Origin: a virus
Taxonomy: Duplodnaviria; Caudoviricetes
Virus record (IMG/VR): IMGVR_UViG_3300042542_005523
Length of the DNA stretch: 64,000 nucleotides
Strand: one strand, 5' to 3'
How positions within the stretch are numbered: the first letter of the stretch is position 1; each line of letters opens with the position of its first letter. Shown here in pieces: positions 56,445 through 64,000 of the stretch. Below the pieces are notes generated by a model, which made no database searches, had not been told where the DNA came from, and saw only the letters and a program-made list of their open reading frames with translations. The translations under genes and the position numbers were made by a program.

Positions 56445-59400
56445 ATGGCATTTCAAAAGTTATACGACTACAACACCTCATTCTCTTTAATGAGAACAAA
56501 TCCCGTTTTATCGGGAAATGTAAAAATCACTGTTGATTCAGATGGAGGGGTTTGGCTGAATTCGATTAATGCGGATACCTCTTTAAGTACTGATACTTTT
56601 AAAAAGTATAATGTTACCGGAGAAAAAACATACGCACAGGATCTTTTTCAATTCTTTAACCCTAGCCTAATATCTAGAAGCATTGTTTTTAAGGTTGGTC
56701 AATTGACAAACGGTGAGAATCAATCCACTAATAACTATGCAGGGCAATATGATTTTTTATATTCTGCTGGTTCTCAAACACTTATAGATAAAAATTATCC
56801 GGAAGACTTCTCTTATTTTGCACCACTTTGGGTAAAGAGTGAGATACCTGATTTCTTTGTTATATTCAAAGTACCTGGACCTCTTTCCTATACATATTCA
56901 CAGAATCAGACTGTTATCAATTCTGGTGTGAAGTATAAGGTGGTTAAGAATTACGATCAGGATAATTTTGTGGTCAGATACGGAGTAGACGGAAGTGGAA
57001 ATCCAGTTTATTATCAAAGTGGAGATTTTTTCACTGGTCTAAACTCTCTAACATCGTATAGCATTTTTTCAGGAAGCGGATCTGTTGTTATATTCGATGA
57101 ACTCTATAACATTAATAATGTAGATGATGTACAGACTTATTTTACCGATAAAATATTACCAAATTCCGGCGTAATAAAAACTTTCGATCTTAGGTCTGGT
57201 ACAAGAATAGGTAACTATATCAGAGGTATATTTTCGGACATTGGGGAATCGTATTCACCAGTGAACATTAATCTAGGGGATGGCGGATTTACCTACTTCA
57301 ATGGTATATCTGTAAATTCTGGAGTTTACACACAAGCGGGTGAATTGACCTGGGATTATTTCACAAGCTCTGATTCAACTGTACAAATCGACTTGGAAAG
57401 ATTTATCACGGAAGGATTTTCTAGAAATGGGATAATTTGTCCTAGCCTTTTAAATCTTGAATTCCTTTTTGATGATCCTGAAGCAGTTGACTACGATATC
57501 AATAGATATTACGGAGCCTATGTTTCTAGAAACGACACTGGTGAATTTATACTAAATGGTGAATTTCTTTATCAATTTAGAAATTCAGAGGGTAATCAAA
57601 ATTACCCGATACCTAGCAGAAACGCATTCGGTTACTATTACGATAACACATCGTACCCTGTAGCTGCTACAGCAGGTGTTAGATTATATTATGAGGGAGC
57701 AAGTGGATTCCTTCCTGGATCAAATGACACTAATTCGATTAGCTCTTTGAAGTTATTCTATGTAACCGATAAGAATGACAACTTCTACTCACTTAAGAGA
57801 ATTGATAACTGGGATAATTCAGTAACTGCAAGTTCTCCTTATGGTTACGGCCCTTATGATCCTTCTACAGAATTCTTTAGTGCTACTGGATCTACCGGAT
57901 GCACTGCAGGAACTTTTGTTTTACAGAACACATCAGTGGATCTTTTAAACTTCACAGGTATAGAGAATCAAGCTGTGAGTGCCAATGGATTTATAGCCGG
58001 TAAAAACGGAAACCCTTATTTCAACATAGAATTCCTACAACCTTGGAATATCCCAAGCAAAGATATTGTGATCAAGGTATATTGGCCACAGGGATCTAGA
58101 TCGGAGGGAGCGGAGAGATTTGATATAATTAGAAGTGGTGATTTTTCTGCTACGATAGTTTGGGTAGCTGGTAGCACATATAGTAGCGGGAACGACTATT
58201 ATTTTAACGCATCTGCAGGTACTACCGGTGACATAGCTAATTCTTTTTCAACTTCAGTTTATGAAGTTTCCGAATTGGTGTGGGATTCTGGTACAGTTGA
58301 ATCTAGCTCTATAATTAGAGTTAAAAATGCTAACGATATAGGCAATTCCACCTATTACATATCGGTCTTCGATGACTATGACTATTTTGAATCAAAATAT
58401 CAATGGATGTGGTCACCGTCTAGCGCATATTCTATTGGTGACATTGTAAGATATGGCAGCCAATATTACCAGGCACTTTCAAACGTTACCGCTTCCCCTT
58501 CCTCATCCAATCAAAATCCTGATGATTTAGAGGGAACTACTTGGGAAAAATATTATTCATTTTCTAATAGCGGATACCTTAATATTAAAGACGAAGACGC
58601 AGCCTTAGTTTCCGGAGTTAAGTATTTTCAAGGTGGTACAGATAAGCCGCTAGTTAGGGTATCCTTTGACGATGATATTTTAAATATTGTCAGAATAGGT
58701 AACTTCATACAAACCAAGCAGGGATTCTCCAGAATACAGGAGGTTGGTAGATATGTTGACGATCCGATATATGATACAAACACCAAACTTGTTACTGGAT
58801 TTAATGACTATAGTCTATTTAGAACTGCTGTTATTGCTGACCCGTATGAACAAATAGTTCTAGGCTCTGATTCGAAGTTCAATGTATTTGAACCCTATAT
58901 TTTAAAAACTGGCGTATTTACATTTTTTGATTTCAAGGATTTTGATTTCGATTTTTGGTCATCTGTATATGGTATAAATCCAAATTACGAGACGTTCCGA
59001 TATTTCCAACTTTTACCCGATACGGAAGGAGAAATAGTAGCTGATATACCTTATTATGTAAAGAACGGATCCGTCTATTATAACGGCATTCTTTATAATG
59101 GAACTAACACCTTCACCGGTGTTAGCGGTGCTTCTAGTTTTACAAATAATAATACATCAACGATAATTCCTGTTGTTTATCCTCTTGAGTTTTCCAATGC
59201 TTTATATGAGACATATAGTACAGATACTGGATATGAAAAAAATCTAAACAGCTTCCAGGGGTTCATTGGTATCAGATCGATAGAGCAAACTAATTTACAG
59301 CCAAATAATGCAACAAAAGAGCAGCAATTTAATTACGGATTGCTTGCTAGCGAGTACTCTTATTTACAGGAGAATTACACGATTGAAAGAGCTAATTTAT

Positions 59401-61946
59401 CTAGAATAGTTCCTTTCATAAATAAATGGGGATATAAAAACGGTACTGATTCTAGAGGTCACCAATATAGATTAAATCTTAGTCCTTCTTTTTCTCCAAG
59501 TAACTTTTCACCTACGTTCCAGAATTTCTATCCTGACCCTAAGTATTTGACTCACGAATGGTTCCTTCTGGAAAATGTACCAAGGGAATTTCCTGTAGAA
59601 TTTATGAAGGATCAACAAAGTTATATGGCTGGACCTATAGATCTTGGTTCAGCTGTAGATACAACACCTAATTCTTCTGATTATTTGCCGTCTTACTTTA
59701 CAGTAACACCTGAGGATTATCCATCTGAATATCAAGATTTGACAGATCAGACAAAGGAGCTATTTACAGAGTTTACCTACAACGAGGGTAACGGTTATTA
59801 TGAAACTATCTTTAGAGGAGCAAAAGTTGTATTAAAGAAAAGATCTGATTTCAAAGCTGATATCCAAGGAAACGATGTTAATCTTTATGTCGATGGATAT
59901 AGAGGATATGAGGGATATAGATATGCTTCTCTGCTAAGAGTAATCCCGGAGAATTCCACTACAATACAAACTCCCGTATCATACAGATTCATAGAAAACA
60001 ACACCCAGAAGTTTATAATTATGCTGATTGATGTTGTGATGAATGACTATAAGCTACAACCATTGGGATATACCGGGGGAACTGGCGGATCACCTATAGC
60101 TGACTATACCCTCCTTTATACTCTGAGCGACAAGAACGAGCTTGCTTCATCTTTTGTTAACGGACAGCCTTTATATACTATTGCGGATACAAAACTAAGT
60201 GCAGCTTTAAATCTATCTAATGCATCAGGCAGTGTTGTTAATACTTCAACAAATCCCGGAAGGATAGTGATAACACCAAATCCCAGCTACGATACAGATT
60301 TAAGAGAGGAGGTTAATCTAACGTACCCAAATAGCGCTTCAGCTTCGGGATTGAGTTATCAAGGACCAGGAAGTTTCTCCGTACCTGATATAGGAACTCA
60401 GTACCCTTGGGCAACTGGAGTTGGCGAGAGATTTTTAGAATTTGGACCAGTGGGACAAAATGGCAATTATTATTTTACCATACCTTTCTCATTTTCAAGT
60501 CCTGTTACCGTTCCTGTCGGTACTAGCAGTATCTATAGAAACAAGCCTGTTTTTCAAGTGGAAGGTGGACAAAATTATTTTGATTTCATAGCAAAAAGAA
60601 CTTCTTTTTCTTATGTTGCTGATAAAGTAAATGCTCTTAATTCCTATGTTACCTACGAATCCTACTTTTATAACGATTCCACATCAGCATCCTCTGTAAA
60701 ACCGGATGATTTTTCTATCTACTTCGAGGATCCAGCTGAACTGTATAAAATTGCAGAATCCAGACCTGTTAAAGTTTATTCGTCTACTGCTGCTAGCTTT
60801 AGACCCGGATTGATACCAGGAAGAGGTCCACAGACTGAATCTGTGAGACAAGCTAATTCTTACGATATACAGGTTTTACCAGCAGGTGTTCCGTCTCAAC
60901 TTCTTAGGCATTCTGGAAAATACGAGCCCATGTTTAGGAAGACGATATTCTTCCAGTCTGATAAGGACGATACCATACCTAACACGGGAATAAATTTATC
61001 ATTTAGAAACTGTACATTTTCTCCTCAAACACTCGATTTTGGATTAATAAGAAATCTGAATTACACAAAGGTATCTGAAAACAATATTCTACAGGCTAGC
61101 GAGAAATTGCCAGCAGGTCCAAGATACCCACTCGTTGGTCAAACACCTATTGCTAGAAAAGATTTTAACGTTTTCCAGTCCTCGTGGGATGCTGGATATT
61201 ACAACAAGTACACTTCGGCTACTGTGGAAACACCAGTTGCTGGTACTAGGTCCATGATTGAGCAAAAAAGCTTTCTTGGAAGTAAGATGATGAAGACCCC
61301 AAAGAATATCATTATAGACAATCAGATAGTTCTTCAGCTGAGTAATACCGCCGGGACTAGCGACGTTAGCACTATAAACACAGATGCTTTCAATTCATTA
61401 ATCACCATACAGAATATAACGACTTCTAATTCGGCATCAGGTATAGGTGTACTTCTACCCTATAATACATCTATTCCTATTCAGTCACTGAATGTTAATA
61501 TATTTCCTAATGTTGAGATATTCTGGCAAAAACCAAACGCCACAACTATAACAGGTGTAATTAGATTGGATAGAATGCTAAGAAGATATCTAATGAATGA
61601 TGGCGTAGGAAACGTTTTCTTGGATAACATTATATCTGAATTTGGGGTAGGTGATCCTGCTTCTATACAGGATGATATACTGTCTTATCTTGAATTGAAT
61701 ATAGCACCTGTATATGAAGGATCTGTATTACTTGTCTATGCTAAAAAGACAGCAACGGGTACGCAGGATCCAAAATACCAGGTTAGAGGTGATATAGCTG
61801 CATCAGAAAGATTAAGAAATGGATATTTGCCAGATAAGAACTTAATTCTAACGAAGGTTAATAATTTAGTTTATAATTTCACATATAAACTGGAGCCCAA
61901 TTTTAATTACCAGATTATATTCAGATTTAATATAGATAAAATTTAA
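56445..61946 (+). CDS. 1833-aa virion structural protein with a CBM5/12 (ChtBD3)-like module
   Basis: WSPSSAYSIGDIVRYGSQYYQAL...TWEKY at nt 58410-58553. Confidence 0.55.
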   Translation: MAFQKLYDYNTSFSLMRTNPVLSGNVKITVDSDGGVWLNSINADTSLSTDTFKKYNVTGEKTYAQDLFQFFNPSLISRSIVFKVGQLTNGENQSTNNYAGQYDFLYSAGSQTLIDKNYPEDFSYFAPLWVKSEIPDFFVIFKVPGPLSYTYSQNQTVINSGVKYKVVKNYDQDNFVVRYGVDGSGNPVYYQSGDFFTGLNSLTSYSIFSGSGSVVIFDELYNINNVDDVQTYFTDKILPNSGVIKTFDLRSGTRIGNYIRGIFSDIGESYSPVNINLGDGGFTYFNGISVNSGVYTQAGELTWDYFTSSDSTVQIDLERFITEGFSRNGIICPSLLNLEFLFDDPEAVDYDINRYYGAYVSRNDTGEFILNGEFLYQFRNSEGNQNYPIPSRNAFGYYYDNTSYPVAATAGVRLYYEGASGFLPGSNDTNSISSLKLFYVTDKNDNFYSLKRIDNWDNSVTASSPYGYGPYDPSTEFFSATGSTGCTAGTFVLQNTSVDLLNFTGIENQAVSANGFIAGKNGNPYFNIEFLQPWNIPSKDIVIKVYWPQGSRSEGAERFDIIRSGDFSATIVWVAGSTYSSGNDYYFNASAGTTGDIANSFSTSVYEVSELVWDSGTVESSSIIRVKNANDIGNSTYYISVFDDYDYFESKYQWMWSPSSAYSIGDIVRYGSQYYQALSNVTASPSSSNQNPDDLEGTTWEKYYSFSNSGYLNIKDEDAALVSGVKYFQGGTDKPLVRVSFDDDILNIVRIGNFIQTKQGFSRIQEVGRYVDDPIYDTNTKLVTGFNDYSLFRTAVIADPYEQIVLGSDSKFNVFEPYILKTGVFTFFDFKDFDFDFWSSVYGINPNYETFRYFQLLPDTEGEIVADIPYYVKNGSVYYNGILYNGTNTFTGVSGASSFTNNNTSTIIPVVYPLEFSNALYETYSTDTGYEKNLNSFQGFIGIRSIEQTNLQPNNATKEQQFNYGLLASEYSYLQENYTIERANLSRIVPFINKWGYKNGTDSRGHQYRLNLSPSFSPSNFSPTFQNFYPDPKYLTHEWFLLENVPREFPVEFMKDQQSYMAGPIDLGSAVDTTPNSSDYLPSYFTVTPEDYPSEYQDLTDQTKELFTEFTYNEGNGYYETIFRGAKVVLKKRSDFKADIQGNDVNLYVDGYRGYEGYRYASLLRVIPENSTTIQTPVSYRFIENNTQKFIIMLIDVVMNDYKLQPLGYTGGTGGSPIADYTLLYTLSDKNELASSFVNGQPLYTIADTKLSAALNLSNASGSVVNTSTNPGRIVITPNPSYDTDLREEVNLTYPNSASASGLSYQGPGSFSVPDIGTQYPWATGVGERFLEFGPVGQNGNYYFTIPFSFSSPVTVPVGTSSIYRNKPVFQVEGGQNYFDFIAKRTSFSYVADKVNALNSYVTYESYFYNDSTSASSVKPDDFSIYFEDPAELYKIAESRPVKVYSSTAASFRPGLIPGRGPQTESVRQANSYDIQVLPAGVPSQLLRHSGKYEPMFRKTIFFQSDKDDTIPNTGINLSFRNCTFSPQTLDFGLIRNLNYTKVSENNILQASEKLPAGPRYPLVGQTPIARKDFNVFQSSWDAGYYNKYTSATVETPVAGTRSMIEQKSFLGSKMMKTPKNIIIDNQIVLQLSNTAGTSDVSTINTDAFNSLITIQNITTSNSASGIGVLLPYNTSIPIQSLNVNIFPNVEIFWQKPNATTITGVIRLDRMLRRYLMNDGVGNVFLDNIISEFGVGDPASIQDDILSYLELNIAPVYEGSVLLVYAKKTATGTQDPKYQVRGDIAASERLRNGYLPDKNLILTKVNNLVYNFTYKLEPNFNYQIIFRFNIDKI

Positions 61947-61951
61947 TAGGA

Positions 61952-63142
61952 ATGTCTAGACTAAATTTACAAACTTTCTATCCCGCGGACCCACAGGCTG
62001 ATTTGGTCAATAAGCTGAATCAGAATTTTAATCAGATGTCTAATGCCATGGGAGGCACTCTAGGTGATCAAGGACCTACGGGGGAAAGAGGAACTATAGG
62101 ACATGCTGGACCGGCTGGTTCAACAGGAGAAACCGGAAGAAGAGGAAGCAGATGGTTCGTACAGGTCTCTGGCCCAACCGGGCTAGATGTGAACACTGGA
62201 GATTTTTGGATGGATGCAAACGCAGATTGTTATATCTACGGAGCTACTGGATGGAATTACATCGCCAGTCTAGAAAGAGATCAGGACTTATTTAAGAATA
62301 TAACTGGTGTTGTTGGACCTAGTGGTCAAAGCTATGGTATAGCTGTGGCTTTAAATCAGGGGGATCTACAGGATTTTGCATTTGTTGTTGCAGATGATAA
62401 TCCGGAGCAAGCCGGTAACTTAAATCCACAGGGTGCTAAATTCGTTGTGTCCACTAACACTGATATAGATTCCGACTACCTCCTGGAATTCAGCAGGGCT
62501 GATCTAGATACAGCTGGATCAACTGGTGCAACGTCAGACTTCGTTAAGCATCCATTTTTCTCGTGGGGTGATAGTCTGAATTTAGATTCAATCGTTCCTT
62601 ATGGGCCATATAAGATTGATTTTGGAGGTGGTGCTACAGGATACATGAGCATAAATGCTTCCAATCAGATTAAGTTTGAATCCCTGGCTAGCTCAATAAC
62701 TCTAGCAAATCAAAATATGACGGCGGGCGGAAACGTTATACTCAATGCACCAGCGGGTAATTTATTATCTGCAGGAACTACTAATATTCTGATCACCCCA
62801 TCATACGCTGACTTTGGAAACGACCTTTCGGGAGGGATAAAATTTAATTTTAATTTTTATCCAAGCGTAGCAACGAACAATGGATATTTCAACATCACTA
62901 AAAATGCCGGAGATTCTATCTCTACGCAACCTTATACACAGATACCTTTCCGTGTTACTAGGCTTTTTAACTACGATACCTCCCTGAATGCAACAGTTGG
63001 AGTTAATTTAGCTAAGTTTTCTTCTGGGCAATCCGGTACCGTTTTGGAAATTAGAGCAAATGGTAAAGTTTATACGAAAAAAACTTCGGAAAAGTACTAT
63101 AATAATACTAACAGTCCAGTCTTTACTTGGACTACCCCTTAA
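61952..63142 (+). CDS. tail fibre protein with short collagen-like segment
   Basis: KLNQNFNQM anchor, GXY run GDQGPTGERGTIGHAGPAGSTGETGRRG, then RWFV..GD.W.D motif. Confidence 0.7.
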   Translation: MSRLNLQTFYPADPQADLVNKLNQNFNQMSNAMGGTLGDQGPTGERGTIGHAGPAGSTGETGRRGSRWFVQVSGPTGLDVNTGDFWMDANADCYIYGATGWNYIASLERDQDLFKNITGVVGPSGQSYGIAVALNQGDLQDFAFVVADDNPEQAGNLNPQGAKFVVSTNTDIDSDYLLEFSRADLDTAGSTGATSDFVKHPFFSWGDSLNLDSIVPYGPYKIDFGGGATGYMSINASNQIKFESLASSITLANQNMTAGGNVILNAPAGNLLSAGTTNILITPSYADFGNDLSGGIKFNFNFYPSVATNNGYFNITKNAGDSISTQPYTQIPFRVTRLFNYDTSLNATVGVNLAKFSSGQSGTVLEIRANGKVYTKKTSEKYYNNTNSPVFTWTTP

Positions 63143-63158
63143 ATATTTGATTTAGAAT

Positions 63159-63683
63159 ATGCCAGTTACACCTCAGTTAGAAAATAAAATAAATTGGTAC
63201 GAAATACCATATTTTGATTTAATAGATTCTAGAACTATCTTTATAGATCCATCTTATGGTGCTGTTGGAACAGACAGCACTGCTACAGCTGAGGCTAATG
63301 GGGCTTATCTGGGCATTGGATTTAATTTGGATAATTATATTTCAATAGACGCTATACCAAAGAGCGAGGCTGTTAAGCTGAGAATAATATGTGATAGACC
63401 TATACCCAGTTCTTCCACGCCTTCACTTAGTGGTTTTTCTTTTATAGGATTTTGGAGCGGTGCAACTAGACCCCAGACACTAAACTCTGATTATTTTATA
63501 TTTGGTGCTACCACTTCTAATCTTAACGTATGCTCCCAGATAGAGGTTACTGTTTTCGGATCAAATACAACTACAACAGCAAGCACACAGCCAGGAGCAA
63601 CTGCTTACCCTTGGGTTTTCTGGGAGGCTTATAGTTATAACGGAAAGGGCGGATGGAGTGGAAATTTTGTGCTAGCCCCTTAA
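63159..63683 (+). CDS. hypothetical tail-fibre-associated protein
   Basis: 174-aa ORF between two collagen-like fibre genes. Confidence 0.65.
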   Translation: MPVTPQLENKINWYEIPYFDLIDSRTIFIDPSYGAVGTDSTATAEANGAYLGIGFNLDNYISIDAIPKSEAVKLRIICDRPIPSSSTPSLSGFSFIGFWSGATRPQTLNSDYFIFGATTSNLNVCSQIEVTVFGSNTTTTASTQPGATAYPWVFWEAYSYNGKGGWSGNFVLAP

Positions 63684-63688
63684 TGAGC

Positions 63689-63696
63689 AATATATA
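63689..63696 (+). promoter_or_regulatory. late-type box variant AATATATA
   Basis: In an 18-nt gap before ATG 63702. Confidence 0.45.
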
Positions 63697-63701
63697 GATA
63701 G

Positions 63702-64000
63702 ATGATAGATTTAAGGCTTTTAAACATACAGGAAGGAGATTCTCAAGCAGACATTGCCAATAAGCTGAATTATAATTTTAATCAGATTATAAATGCTGGG
63801 GACGGAGCGTACGGGTCAGTTGGAATACCAGGAGCAGTTGGATCTTATGGTGCAACTGGTATCACAGGTCCTGCTGGATTCCAGGGACAAAGGGGTAATT
63901 TTTGGTTTGTTCAGGAAACTGGACCAACTGCTGGTGTAACCGGAGGTGATTATTGGGTTGATTTAGCTAGTGACTGCGAGGTTTTTGAATGGATAGAATC
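63702..64000 (+). CDS. 5' part of a second collagen-like tail fibre gene (runs off window end)
   Basis: MIDLRLLNIQEGDSQADIANKLNYNFNQI...GSVGIPGAVGSYGATGITGPAGFQGQRGNFWFVQ; paralog of 61952; not in the ORF track. Confidence 0.8.
   Translation, partial: MIDLRLLNIQEGDSQADIANKLNYNFNQIINAGDGAYGSVGIPGAVGSYGATGITGPAGFQGQRGNFWFVQETGPTAGVTGGDYWVDLASDCEVFEWIE

Noticed and set aside
1-64000. Stop-codon reassignment, as in some large phages
   Set aside because: Standard code gives near-complete coding density with full-length conserved proteins; TAA, TAG and TGA all terminate genes at sensible positions.
1-64000. tRNA, rRNA, group I intron, intein or homing endonuclease
   Set aside because: Intergenic gaps are mostly under 130 nt with no cloverleaf seen; marker genes are uninterrupted; no LAGLIDADG, HNH, GIY-YIG or intein end motifs were recognised. 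Not confirmed by a covariance-model search.

Overview
This window is from a large T4-like (gp23-family) myovirus, read in the standard genetic code. All but one gene lie on the + strand. 1-5 kb: nucleotide and replication genes (guanylate kinase-like, T4 rnh-like 5'-3' exonuclease, gp62-like, a catalytically degenerate UvsE, a 3'-5' exonuclease). 5-22 kb: head module (nucleotidyltransferase, prohead protease fused to a 14x14-aa scaffold repeat, major capsid protein, about ten proteins with T4-type capsid-targeting N-termini) interrupted by a dNMP kinase + asparagine-synthetase-like pair. 22-24 kb: small Nudix operon. 24-64 kb: baseplate, neck and tail-appendage module, which also carries ribosomal protein S1, an amidoligase-like gene and PhoH. 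Most striking observations: (1) an isolated Hsp70/DnaK substrate-binding beta-domain inserted in the protein next to the baseplate spike, immediately upstream of the S1 + amidoligase-like pair; (2) two promoter classes, GATATATA before structural genes and G(A)AAC-N17/18-TAnAAT before metabolic genes; (3) late boxes repeatedly embedded in hairpins that would cover the start-codon region on read-through transcripts; (4) two enzyme folds that have lost their metal ligands. The host is inferred, not shown, to be Bacteroidota. Family assignments come from motif recognition and remembered reference sequences; no database search was run.
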